NCBI GenBank assembly: GCA_027066725.1
Contig: JAMONC010000251.1
Span: 1-32,523 of the forward strand
DNA length: 32,523 nucleotides
Reading direction: 5' to 3'
Source: Desulfobacterales bacterium
Lineage (GTDB): Bacteria; Desulfobacterota; Dissulfuribacteria; Dissulfuribacterales; JAMONC01
A program made the translations under genes and the position numbers. The notes beneath the pieces were generated by a model. It was not told where the DNA came from. It was given only the letters and a program-made list of their open reading frames with translations, and ran no database searches. Of this stretch, positions 1 through 8,212 are shown piece by piece (position 1 is the first letter of the stretch; each line of letters opens with the position of its first letter).

Positions 1-55
1 GGATGACTTTTTCGTTATATGAAAAATTGATATTGTTTAGTTCATATATTTTCAT
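1..55 (-). CDS. ABC transporter ATP-binding protein, 5' end only (gene continues off the left edge)
   Basis: The minus strand reads ATG AAA ATA TAT GAA CTA AAC AAT ATC AAT TTT TCA TAT..., giving MKIYELNNINFSYNEKVI. This resembles the usual N-terminus of ABC ATPases. The ATG (55..53) overlaps the TGA stop of the upstream permease (54..52) as ATGA, suggesting translational coupling. Only 18 codons are visible. Confidence 0.45.
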   Translation of the reverse strand, partial: MKIYELNNINFSYNEKVI

Positions 56-1086
56 TTTACTAGTTCATTATGTTTAGTTTTTATCTTGAATATGTAGCAG
101 AAAAATGGACCACCAATTAAAGAAGTCAAGACTCCTATAGGTACTTCCCAAGGTAATATTGCTCTTGTAATAGTATCTGCAATTAAGAGTAGGATTGCTC
201 CAAAAAGTGCTGATAAAGGTATAAGTTTTCTATTATCTGCTCCTACTATTAATCTCATTAGATGAGGTACCACCAAACCAACAAAGCCTATAATTCCAGA
301 GATGGCGACACAGGCTGCTGTTACAAGAGAACAGGTTACTAATAAGATCATTCTAAGTTGTTGTGCATTTATTCCTAAGGAGGCGCTGGTTCTTTCTCCA
401 AGACATATTACATTTAAGTCTCTAGAGAAATATAAACAGATTAAAAACCCAATAGTTACAAAGATTAAAACCATAAGGACTTCAAGCCATGTCTCTGAGG
501 AAAAACTACCAAGTAGCCAAAAGATGATAACAGATACCCTTTCATCAGCTATATATTTAAGAAGACTAATACCTGCAGAAAGTATAGAGGATACAATTAT
601 ACCGGCTAAGATTAAGTTATTTGATGATATATAACCAACACTAGATGCCAAAGATAATACTGCTATAATAGTGAAAATTGCACCTAAGAAGGCAAAGGCT
701 GTTACTATGTATATACCAAAGTGACTTGTTATAAACAAAAGAGCAATAGATGCACCAAAGGCTGCTCCAGCAGATATACCTAATGTATAAGGTTCAGCTA
801 ATGGATTTAGTAAAATTCCTTGAAAACTTACTCCAGAAAATGCAAGACCTGCTCCTACTAAACATGCAGCTAAAATCCTTGGTAGTCTTACATTTATAAC
901 AATATCTGAATAAAGGGGTTTAATTCCTTTAATTAAGGATTGATCAAAGGATAGCTTAGCCAATATAATTTTAAAGACTTGCTCCGGAGGTATTTTTACA
1001 TAACCCATAGAGGCAGAAAGTATAATGCTTAATATCAATATGATGATAAAAACTATTAATGTTATTAAAAAGGATTGTTCTTTCAT
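52..1086 (-). CDS. btuC: FecCD/BtuC-family ABC permease, likely for corrinoid (vitamin B12) uptake
   Basis: The 344-aa polytopic membrane protein carries the family signature RLPRILAACLVGAGLAFSGVSFQGILLNPLAEPYTLGISAGAAFGA. It lies directly downstream of a cobalamin riboswitch on the same strand. Confidence 0.85.
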   Translation of the reverse strand: MKEQSFLITLIVFIIILILSIILSASMGYVKIPPEQVFKIILAKLSFDQSLIKGIKPLYSDIVINVRLPRILAACLVGAGLAFSGVSFQGILLNPLAEPYTLGISAGAAFGASIALLFITSHFGIYIVTAFAFLGAIFTIIAVLSLASSVGYISSNNLILAGIIVSSILSAGISLLKYIADERVSVIIFWLLGSFSSETWLEVLMVLIFVTIGFLICLYFSRDLNVICLGERTSASLGINAQQLRMILLVTCSLVTAACVAISGIIGFVGLVVPHLMRLIVGADNRKLIPLSALFGAILLLIADTITRAILPWEVPIGVLTSLIGGPFFCYIFKIKTKHNELVK

Positions 1087-1103
1087 TTATCTTTTATGCT
1101 CTT

Positions 1104-1145
1104 AAAATAAAAAACGCCTTTTAAACTCAAACGGTTTAAAAGGCG
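1104..1145 (-). terminator. Intrinsic terminator forming the expression platform of the cobalamin riboswitch
   Basis: The minus-strand RNA reads CGCCUUUUAAA-CCGUUUGAG-UUUAAAAGGCG followed by UUUUUUAUUUU. That is an 11-bp stem plus a U-tract, placed between the aptamer and the btuC start codon at 1086. Confidence 0.75.
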
Positions 1146-1210
1146 ACACCCAGTTTATAGCCTTTACCGTTCACACAAAGCCGAACCCTCGCAGCCTTGT
1201 GTAAATATGT

Positions 1211-1375
1211 ATATGCGGCAGGTCTCCTGGCTTCAGGATCGTCCTACTCGCCACGCCTTCCCATTGTGCTTATTTTACACAACAGTGGCTCATTTGGCTT
1301 TCGTCCCCTGTTACAGTGGCGGGACCGCGCCGGACTTTCACCGGCTTCCCTATTAAGCCTTGCGGCACCGCATAT
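1211..1375 (-). promoter_or_regulatory. Cobalamin (B12) riboswitch aptamer
   Basis: The minus strand contains AAUAGGGAAGCCGGUGAAAGUCCGGCGCGGUCCCGCCACUGUAA and a second GCCACUG. It also has GGGAAGGCG and the B12 box AGCCAGGAGACCUGCC (plus-strand 1217..1232). A closing P1 helix pairs AUAUGCGG (1375..1368) with CCGCAUAU (1218..1211). The segment is GC-rich in an AT-rich background. Confidence 0.9.
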
Positions 1376-1460
1376 TAAAATCACTATCAGTTTTTATACC
1401 TTCAGTCAAGAAGAGCTTTTTGTTAAAAAAGTTTTTTATGATCTTTTAAGAAATATTTTA

Positions 1461-1487
1461 TTGCAAAAAATTATTTTTCAGTATAAA
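1461..1487 (+). promoter_or_regulatory. Candidate sigma-70 promoter for the PxxKW gene
   Basis: TTGCAA (1461..1466) is followed by TATAAA (1482..1487) with a short 15-nt spacer. Alternatively TAAATT can be read as the -10 with a 17-nt spacer. Motif match only. Confidence 0.3.
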
Positions 1488-1543
1488 TTTCTTAGTCTTA
1501 AAAAATAGAAAGAGAAAACCACCAGTTTAGGGAGGTCATAAAG

Positions 1544-1834
1544 ATGAAATGTACTACTAAACGGCCGGGTTTTGAGTGTTCTTTTATGACAAAAAAAGGT
1601 TGTGCTTTTCCCGGTGGTGCATGTTTTGAGATTATTGATAAGTGTGAAGGGTGTGCAAGGGTTATTACTACTGAAGCAGGAAAGTTTTGTTCTGTTTATC
1701 CTCATCCAGAGATGAAATGGAGAAGAGGTGTTTGTAATTTTGCAACCCATGTACAGCCTAAAGTTGTAAAAGATGAATCTGGAAAGAAGATAAATCCATT
1801 AAAGGCAGCAAAAAGAGCAGCAAGAAGAAGATAA
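1544..1834 (+). CDS. Small cysteine-rich protein, PxxKW-type, function unknown
   Basis: The 96-aa ORF has a strong SD (GGGAGG) 8 to 13 nt upstream of the ATG. It has eight Cys residues, the motif HPEMKW (P-x-x-K-W) and a very basic tail, KKINPLKAAKRAARRR. The family name is from memory and has not been checked by search. Confidence 0.7.
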   Translation: MKCTTKRPGFECSFMTKKGCAFPGGACFEIIDKCEGCARVITTEAGKFCSVYPHPEMKWRRGVCNFATHVQPKVVKDESGKKINPLKAAKRAARRR

Positions 1835-1854
1835 TAATTACTTACAACATTAGA

Positions 1855-1893
1855 AAAAACAAAAAGCACATCTTAAATAAGATGTGCTTTTTG
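1855..1893. terminator. Bidirectional intrinsic terminator between convergent genes
   Basis: The stem AGCACATCT (1865..1873) pairs with AGATGTGCT (1880..1888). An A-run lies on the left and a T-run on the right, so it can terminate both the PxxKW gene (+) and the aminotransferase gene (-). Confidence 0.75.
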
Positions 1894-1901
1894 TTAGTGT
1901 T

Positions 1902-3110
1902 TTATTTTATTTCTTTTAAGGCTGCTTCTAATCTATCCATTCCTTTTTTAAGGTTTTCCATATCTGTTGCAAAAGAAAATCTTATAAAATGGTCATCTCC
2001 AAATGCAACTCCAGGAACCGCAGCTATTTTTGCATCCTCTAATAAATAATCTGCTAAAGATAGAGATCCTTCAATCTTTTTATCTCCTACAGATTTACCA
2101 TAAAATTTTGAGAAATCAGGAAATACATAAAATGCACCTTCTGGTATGGTTGTCGAGACATTTTCCATATTGTTCAAACGATTTACAATATAATCTCTTC
2201 TTTCCTTAAATGCCTTTGCCATTTCTTTTACGCAGTCTTGAGGTCCTGTAAAGGCAGAAAGAGCTGCTTTTTGTGCAATAGAGTTGGGATTAGATGTACT
2301 TTGTGACTGGATTTTAGTTGCAGCTTTTATTATTGGTTGAGGTCCTGCTAAGTAACCTATACGCCATCCTGTCATAGCATAAGTTTTTGAAACTCCATTT
2401 GCTATAATTACATGATCTTTTGATTCTTTAACTAAAGAGACACAGTTATAAGGGCTCTTGCCATCAAATCTAATCTGATCATATATATCATCAGTTATTA
2501 TAAGGAAGTTTTTCTCTATAGAAAGTTTTGCAATTTCAGTAAGAAGCTCTTCACTATATATTGCTCCTGTAGGATTTGATGGACTATTTAAGATTATAGC
2601 CTTTGTCTTTTGAGTAATAAGTTTTTTTAATGAATCTATATCTATACTAAAATTATCCTCAGGGTATGTCTGCAAATAAACAGGTCTTCCTCCTGCAAGT
2701 TCTACCATTGGAGGATAAGAGACCCAATAAGGTACAGGTATAATAACTTCATCTCCAGGATTAACTATAGCTTGTATTACATTAAATAGACCTTGTTTTC
2801 CTCCTGTTGATACTACAATCTCTTCTACACTATATTCTATATCATAATCTGTTTTTAGCTTGTTACAGATAGCCTCTCTTAATTCTACTATACCTGCAAC
2901 AGGTGTATATTTTGTAAAACCTTGGTTTATAGCCTCAATAGCAGCCTCTTTTATGTGTTTAGGGGTATCAAAATCTGGTTCTCCTGCAGATAAGTTTACT
3001 ATGTCTATACCTTGAGCTTTTAACATCTTGGCTTTAGCATCTATTGCCAATGTAGGAGATGGCTTTAGTTTTAATACTCGATCAGAAAGCAAGGACTCTA
3101 TAGATGACAT
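1902..3110 (-). CDS. aspC: Class I PLP-dependent aminotransferase (aspartate aminotransferase type)
   Basis: 402 aa with LSAGEPDFDTP, NPSNPTG and the PLP-lysine motif SKTYAMTGWRIGY. An AGGAGGAG SD lies upstream. Confidence 0.85.
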   Translation of the reverse strand: MSSIESLLSDRVLKLKPSPTLAIDAKAKMLKAQGIDIVNLSAGEPDFDTPKHIKEAAIEAINQGFTKYTPVAGIVELREAICNKLKTDYDIEYSVEEIVVSTGGKQGLFNVIQAIVNPGDEVIIPVPYWVSYPPMVELAGGRPVYLQTYPEDNFSIDIDSLKKLITQKTKAIILNSPSNPTGAIYSEELLTEIAKLSIEKNFLIITDDIYDQIRFDGKSPYNCVSLVKESKDHVIIANGVSKTYAMTGWRIGYLAGPQPIIKAATKIQSQSTSNPNSIAQKAALSAFTGPQDCVKEMAKAFKERRDYIVNRLNNMENVSTTIPEGAFYVFPDFSKFYGKSVGDKKIEGSLSLADYLLEDAKIAAVPGVAFGDDHFIRFSFATDMENLKKGMDRLEAALKEIK

Positions 3111-3128
3111 TATTCTCCTCCTGATAAG

Positions 3129-3899
3129 CTATTTATAAAAGACTTCTTTTAAATATAATCCCCAACTTGGGGCTGTTTTTGCTGCCTGTTTTCTATCTTT
3201 TAATAAAAGAAGTTCTTTTATCCAATGAGGTTCCTTTTTCTCTAAACCAACTTCTATTAAACTTCCTACAATATTTCGAACCATATACCTTAAGAATCCA
3301 TTTGCTACAATATAAAATACAATAACTTTGGAGCCTTGTGGTAAAAAAGTTTCTTGATCTAGTTCTTTAAAACCACAAGATATTATTTTTCTAACATTAG
3401 ATTTAACCTCGCTTCCTGATGCCTTAAAGCTTGAAAAGTCATGTTCACCAATTAGATACTGGGCAGCTTCATTCATTTTTTGAATATTAAGTCCCTTAGA
3501 ATTTATATGCCAAGCCCTTTTTGCAAATAAAGGAGATCTAACTTCAGAGATTAGTATTTTATATATGTATTTCTTGGCTATAGCACTATACTGGGCATGA
3601 AAACCATGTTCTACTTCTTTTGCTTCTTTTATTGCAATTGATTCTGGTAAGATAGAATTTAAGCCTTTTAAGAATCCTTCGCAGGGGATGGTGGTTTTAG
3701 TATAAAAATTGGCTACCTGCCCTAATGCATGGACTCCAGCATCGGTCCTGCCAGAGCCAATTACATGGATTTTTTCTCCAGTTAATTTTGATAAAGCTTG
3801 TTCTAATACTTCTTGGATAGTTGGGGAAAGTTTTTGTCTTTGCCAGCCATGAAAGAAGGTCCCATCATATTCAAGAATAAGTTTTATATTTCTCTTCAT
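3129..3899 (-). CDS. truA: tRNA pseudouridine(38-40) synthase TruA
   Basis: 256 aa with the catalytic-Asp motif GSGRTDAGVHALGQVANF and typical TruA length and layout. Confidence 0.9.
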   Translation of the reverse strand: MKRNIKLILEYDGTFFHGWQRQKLSPTIQEVLEQALSKLTGEKIHVIGSGRTDAGVHALGQVANFYTKTTIPCEGFLKGLNSILPESIAIKEAKEVEHGFHAQYSAIAKKYIYKILISEVRSPLFAKRAWHINSKGLNIQKMNEAAQYLIGEHDFSSFKASGSEVKSNVRKIISCGFKELDQETFLPQGSKVIVFYIVANGFLRYMVRNIVGSLIEVGLEKKEPHWIKELLLLKDRKQAAKTAPSWGLYLKEVFYK

Positions 3900-3913
3900 T
3901 CACAATGAATCTT

Positions 3914-4960
3914 CTACGGATAAAGAGGTACTACATCTAATCCTAAGTATTCATCAAAACCAAACATAATATTTAAATTCTGAATAGCTTGTCCTGACGC
4001 CCCTTTTACTAAATTATCTATAGCAGAAACTATAATTATAGTATTTGTCCTTTTATCAACTTTTACTCCTATTACACACAAATTACTTCCTTTTACCATA
4101 TTTATAGAAGGTAGAAGACCTTCTTCTAAGACTTTTACAAACCGCTCTTTACAATAAAAGTCATCTAAAATCTTTAAGACGTCTTTTGTAGAGATTTTTT
4201 CTATAGGTTTTACATATATTGTTGTAAGAATTCCCCTTGTCATAGGAACTAAATGAGGGGTGAAACAAACCTTTATTTCTTGTGAAGCTGCAATAGATAG
4301 TTCTTGTTCAATTTCAGGTGTATGTCTATGCTCTCCAACCTTATATGCCTTAAAAGACTCATTTACTTCACAAAAAGATGTGGCAAGTAGAGCCTTTCTT
4401 CCTGCTCCACTTACTCCTGATTTTGAATCAATCAATATTGTTGAATTAATATCAATTATTCCAGAAGATATAAGAGGAATTAATGGTAAAAGGGCACTTG
4501 TAGGATAACAGCCAGGATTTGCTACAAGCCTTGATGAAGCAATCTTTTCTCTATTTATTTCACAAAGTCCGTATACTGCTTCATCTAAATATTCAGGACA
4601 TAAGTGAGGTTCATACCACTCATTATATACATCTACATTTTTTAATCTAAAATCTGCAGATAGATCTATTACTTTTGCTCCCGCTTCCAGTAGTTCTGGC
4701 ACCACCTTCATTGCAGCCGCGTGTGGAACAGCAGTAAAGAAGGCCCCGGCAAGATTAGATAGTTTTTTTATATCTGGAGCAGAAAAACATAAATTAGAAT
4801 AAGCGTGAGTTTGAAGACTAGGAAAGACCTCTGTTACAGATTTTCCTTCATATTGACGAGATGTAACAGCAACAACTTCTACCCCTGGATGGAGGGCCAA
4901 TAATCTCAATAATTCAACTCCAGTAAAGCCAGAGGCACCAATGATTGCTACACGTAACAT
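3914..4960 (-). CDS. argC: N-acetyl-gamma-glutamyl-phosphate reductase
   Basis: 348 aa with an N-terminal Rossmann motif (IIGASGFTGVELLRLL) and the active-site motif NPGCYPT. Confidence 0.9.
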   Translation of the reverse strand: MLRVAIIGASGFTGVELLRLLALHPGVEVVAVTSRQYEGKSVTEVFPSLQTHAYSNLCFSAPDIKKLSNLAGAFFTAVPHAAAMKVVPELLEAGAKVIDLSADFRLKNVDVYNEWYEPHLCPEYLDEAVYGLCEINREKIASSRLVANPGCYPTSALLPLIPLISSGIIDINSTILIDSKSGVSGAGRKALLATSFCEVNESFKAYKVGEHRHTPEIEQELSIAASQEIKVCFTPHLVPMTRGILTTIYVKPIEKISTKDVLKILDDFYCKERFVKVLEEGLLPSINMVKGSNLCVIGVKVDKRTNTIIIVSAIDNLVKGASGQAIQNLNIMFGFDEYLGLDVVPLYP

Positions 4961-5003
4961 TTTATAAAAATCCCTTTAAATAGACTCTAAAGTAAAAAAA
5001 TAT

Positions 5004-5034
5004 CAAAAAAGAGGGAAGGTATATTCCTTCCCTC
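5004..5034 (-). terminator. Intrinsic terminator after rpsI
   Basis: The minus strand reads GAGGGAAGG-AAUAUA-CCUUCCCUC followed by UUUUUUG. That is a 9-bp GC-rich stem, 38 nt downstream of the rpsI stop. A weak candidate argC promoter (TTGATA-N18-TATTTA, plus-strand 4977..5006) overlaps its U-tract. Confidence 0.75.
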
Positions 5035-5071
5035 TTTATATAATGAAAATGAGATTATATACAACAAGAAA

Positions 5072-5464
5072 TTAACGTTTTGAATACTGATAACGTTTTC
5101 TTGCTCCAGCAAGCCCGTATTTTTTGCGCTCTTTTACCCTTGCATCTCTAGTTATAAGTCCTTCTTTTTTAAGAGCAGGTCTAAACTCTGGATTAACTTC
5201 TAGAAGTGCTTTAGCAATACCATGCCTTATAGCCTCTGCTTGAGCGCTTTTTCCCCCACCTCTAACCGTTGTTTTTACATCAAACTTACCTAAGGTTCCT
5301 GTAACAACAAAAGGCCTTTCAACAATGATCCTTGCTGTATCTACATCAAAATAGTCATCAAAAGCCTTTTTGTTGACAGTAATATTCCCAGAGCCTGGAA
5401 TTATCCACACTCTTGCTATAGCTGTCTTTCTTTTTCCTGTGGCATAATAGCTTATTTCACTCAT
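5072..5464 (-). CDS. rpsI: 30S ribosomal protein S9
   Basis: Conserved S9 sequence ([14 protein letters not shown] ... C-terminal KRYQYSKR). The supplied ORF begins at a TTG at 5479. The in-frame ATG at 5464 (MSEISYY...) has a GGGG SD-like run about 9 nt upstream and is the more likely start. Confidence 0.9.
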   Translation of the reverse strand: MSEISYYATGKRKTAIARVWIIPGSGNITVNKKAFDDYFDVDTARIIVERPFVVTGTLGKFDVKTTVRGGGKSAQAEAIRHGIAKALLEVNPEFRPALKKEGLITRDARVKERKKYGLAGARKRYQYSKR

Positions 5465-5482
5465 ATCTTTTGACCCCAATCT

Positions 5483-5917
5483 TTAATATGGCAAGTTTAA
5501 TGGTTCAGGATTTTGTGCCTGATGAGGATGATTTGGTCCTCTATAAATCTTTAACTTTTTAAGTTGCTTACGCCCTAGACGATTCTTAGGTAACATGCGT
5601 TTTACAGCAAGCCTTATCACATCTTCAGGTTTTTTCTCAAGCATTTGTTTTGCAGTGCGTGTTTTTAGACCGCCCATGTAACCACTGTGTCTATAGTATT
5701 TCTTTTGATCTAATTTTCTACCTGTAAGACGAATCTTTTCAGCATTTATAACTATGATAAAGTCTCCGGTATCAAGATGTGGAGTAAATATGGGTTTGTG
5801 TTTTCCTCTTAATCTCATTGCTATTTGAGAAGCAAGACGTCCTAAAATTTTACCACTTGCATCAACAACATACCATTTTCTTTCAATCTCATTTACCTTT
5901 GGTAAAGGTGTTTTCAT
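5483..5917 (-). CDS. rplM: 50S ribosomal protein L13
   Basis: 144 aa with typical L13 sequence ([18 protein letters not shown]..., [18 protein letters not shown]). It sits in the canonical rplM-rpsI order. Confidence 0.92.
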   Translation of the reverse strand: MKTPLPKVNEIERKWYVVDASGKILGRLASQIAMRLRGKHKPIFTPHLDTGDFIIVINAEKIRLTGRKLDQKKYYRHSGYMGGLKTRTAKQMLEKKPEDVIRLAVKRMLPKNRLGRKQLKKLKIYRGPNHPHQAQNPEPLNLPY

Positions 5918-5980
5918 GGTTTTACTCCCTAATTAAGACAATAAAAAAGCCCTTTCTCTTTATTAAAAGAGCAAGCAAGA

Positions 5981-6009
5981 TAGATAAAAGAAAATGTTAT
6001 AAATGTCAA
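5981..6009 (-). promoter_or_regulatory. Candidate sigma-70 promoter of the rplM-rpsI operon
   Basis: On the minus strand, TTGACA (6009..6004) is followed after a 17-nt spacer by TATCTA (5986..5981). This would give a leader of about 55 to 60 nt. Motif match only. Confidence 0.4.
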
Positions 6010-6055
6010 GCTTAAAAGTATAATTAAAATTATTTCTTTACATTATGTACATTTA

Positions 6056-6703
6056 TTATCTTTTTGGAAGACTAGCCCAGTCTGCCATAAATTTTTCAAG
6101 TCCTTGATCAGTAAGAGGATGTTTTGCTAATTGCGCTATAACCTTATAAGGAATTGTGGCAATATCTGCTCCAAGTAGTGCAGCTTCTAATACATGAATA
6201 GGATTTCTAATGCTTGCTACAATTATTTTTGTATCAAATGCATAATTTTCAAATATATCCACAATGTCTCTTACTAAATCCATTCCGCGGTGAGATATAT
6301 CATCTAATCTTCCAACAAAAGGACTTACAAAATATGCCCCAGCTTTTGCAGCAAGAAGGGCTTGAAGAGGAGAAAAGATTAAAGTCATATTTACTTTAAT
6401 ACCTTCTTGGGCAAGGATCTTAGTTGCCTTTAGCCCTTCTGTTATCATTGGGATCTTTATCACAACATTTGGAGCAATAGAGGCAAGTTCTCTTGCCTCT
6501 TCGACCATTTTTTGTGTTTGAATACTGACAACTTCTGCACTAACAGGACCATCTACAATTTCACAGATTTCCTTGATCCTTTCTTTAAAATCACATTTTT
6601 CTTTAGCTATAAGACTTGGATTTGTAGTAACACCATCTACAAGTCCCAATTCTGAAGCCATTTTTATTTCATCAAGGTTTGCTGTATCAATAAAAAATTC
6701 CAT
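6056..6703 (-). CDS. tal: Short-form transaldolase / fructose-6-phosphate aldolase family protein
   Basis: 215 aa with [14 protein letters not shown] ... GVTTNPSL and the Schiff-base lysine region VIKIP. Length and motifs match the Fsa/TalC subfamily. Confidence 0.85.
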   Translation of the reverse strand: MEFFIDTANLDEIKMASELGLVDGVTTNPSLIAKEKCDFKERIKEICEIVDGPVSAEVVSIQTQKMVEEARELASIAPNVVIKIPMITEGLKATKILAQEGIKVNMTLIFSPLQALLAAKAGAYFVSPFVGRLDDISHRGMDLVRDIVDIFENYAFDTKIIVASIRNPIHVLEAALLGADIATIPYKVIAQLAKHPLTDQGLEKFMADWASLPKR

Positions 6704-6720
6704 TTAAACCCCCTTATGAA

Positions 6721-8031
6721 TCAATTTTGATTTTTTTCTAATCTAACAGATATAGAATTGGCATGAGCACCTAAGCCTTCTACATTGGCTAAACGAATTA
6801 CGTCTTCAGCATCATTAAAAAATGCCTCTTTTGAGTATGATATAATACTAGAGCGTTTAATAAAGGTTTCTACTCCTAATGCTGATGAAAATTTTGCTGT
6901 TCCCATTGTAGGAAGTACATGATTTGCACCTGCAATATAATCTCCTATTGGCTCTGGAGTATATTCTCCTAAGAATATGGCTCCTGCATGTTTTATTTTA
7001 CCAATTAATTGCCAAGGATCTTTAACCATTAACTCTAGATGTTCAGGAGCTATTTGGTTGGCTATATCAACTGCTTGTTCAATATCTTCTACAATTAAAA
7101 GAGCACTATTTGTTTCTAAGGATTTTTGTGCAATTTCACACCTATCTAGTTTTTCTATCTGTTTACTTAATTCTTTAGATACTTCGTTTGCTAGATCTTC
7201 ACTTTCTGTAAGAAGAATGGCTGTTGCCATTGTATCATGTTCTGCTTGAGATAATAGATCTGCTGCTATATAACAAGGATTTGCATATTTGTCTGCAATA
7301 ATAAGGATTTCACTTGGCCCTGCTATCATATCTATACCAACTCTTCCAGATACCATCTTTTTGGCAATTGTTACAAAGATATTTCCTGGTCCAACAATAA
7401 CATCTACTTTCTCTATAGATTCTGTACCATAAGCCATTGCGAAAATTGCCCACGCACTTCCCATCTTATATATCTTATGAATGCCAACTTCTTTAGCCGC
7501 TACTATTAGATATGGACTTATTTCTCCATCCTTATTAGGTGGTGTTGCCATTATAATTCTTTTTACTCCTGCAATTACAGCAGGTATTGCATTCATGACA
7601 ACAGATGAACAAAGAGGAGTGCTTCCTCCTTTTCCTCCAGGAACATATAATCCTGCAGCGTCTACTGTTCTAACTAATTGTCCAAGAATAGAGCCATCTT
7701 CCCTTGTTATCATCCATGAGTTAGGAAGTTGTTTCTTATGAAAATCTTTTACATGTTCTATGGATTTTTTAAGACTTTTTATGAATTCTTTTGAAACTTT
7801 TTGATATGCCTGATCAATTTCCTCATCAGATACTAAAATATTCTCTAGTTTAATTTTAGGGGAGTCAAATCGATTTGTATATTCCACAATAGCCTGATCT
7901 CCCTTTTCTATTACTTGATTGAGAATTTCCCTTACTTGTTTTTCATAACTTGATATATCAAAGTTTCTATTTTTTACAGCCTTAAGACGAGACAAGCCTT
8001 CTTCTGTTGATATAAAAAGAGGTTTTAGCAT
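6721..8031 (-). CDS. hisD: Histidinol dehydrogenase
   Basis: 436 aa with the SQAEHD motif and HisD-typical segments ([16 protein letters not shown]). A GGAGGG SD lies upstream. Confidence 0.92.
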   Translation of the reverse strand: MLKPLFISTEEGLSRLKAVKNRNFDISSYEKQVREILNQVIEKGDQAIVEYTNRFDSPKIKLENILVSDEEIDQAYQKVSKEFIKSLKKSIEHVKDFHKKQLPNSWMITREDGSILGQLVRTVDAAGLYVPGGKGGSTPLCSSVVMNAIPAVIAGVKRIIMATPPNKDGEISPYLIVAAKEVGIHKIYKMGSAWAIFAMAYGTESIEKVDVIVGPGNIFVTIAKKMVSGRVGIDMIAGPSEILIIADKYANPCYIAADLLSQAEHDTMATAILLTESEDLANEVSKELSKQIEKLDRCEIAQKSLETNSALLIVEDIEQAVDIANQIAPEHLELMVKDPWQLIGKIKHAGAIFLGEYTPEPIGDYIAGANHVLPTMGTAKFSSALGVETFIKRSSIISYSKEAFFNDAEDVIRLANVEGLGAHANSISVRLEKNQN

Positions 8032-8165
8032 TTAAAAGCCCTCCATTTAAATAATTAACTAAACACTAAAACTTTTACGACAGATAAAAATTTCCGATAA
8101 CAAAAAACAAATACTTTTGATCTAAGAGCTATATCTATGGTTATTGTAACTGCAATTTATGGATT

Positions 8166-8196
8166 TTGCATCTAAATGTTTGGGCGGGGTTATAAT
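8166..8196 (+). promoter_or_regulatory. Candidate sigma-70 promoter for the 597-aa gene
   Basis: TTGCAT (8166..8171) and a perfect TATAAT (8191..8196) are present, but the 19-nt spacer is over-long (18 nt if TTATAA is used). A GGAG SD sits 7 nt before the ATG at 8213. Confidence 0.35.
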
Positions 8197-8212
8197 ATGA
8201 GAGGAGAGCCTA

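Noticed and set aside
302-634. Other short antisense ORFs inside well-supported genes (302..634, 2003..2209, 4260..4508, 5818..6015, 6214..6399, 6977..7249, 7481..7741, 10284..10478, 12137..12562, 14228..14431, 16150..16359, 17064..17276, 17574..17768, 19197..19400, 20554..20880, 21867..22079, 27391..27657, 29561..29782)
   Set aside because: Each is fully or almost fully embedded opposite a gene with clear family motifs. They lack ribosome-binding sites and have no recognisable motifs, so they are typical chance ORFs.
1197-1508. 103-aa plus-strand ORF (and the 90-aa minus-strand ORF at 1478..1750)
   Set aside because: The first lies entirely over the cobalamin riboswitch and its promoter region on the opposite strand. 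Its unusual composition reflects the GC-rich structured RNA. The second is antisense to the well-supported PxxKW gene. Neither has an SD.
5465-5479. N-terminal extension of rpsI from a TTG start (MGSKD...)
   Set aside because: The extension would start 4 nt after the rplM stop with no SD. The in-frame ATG at 5464 has a G-rich SD-like run at suitable spacing and gives a typical S9 N-terminus.
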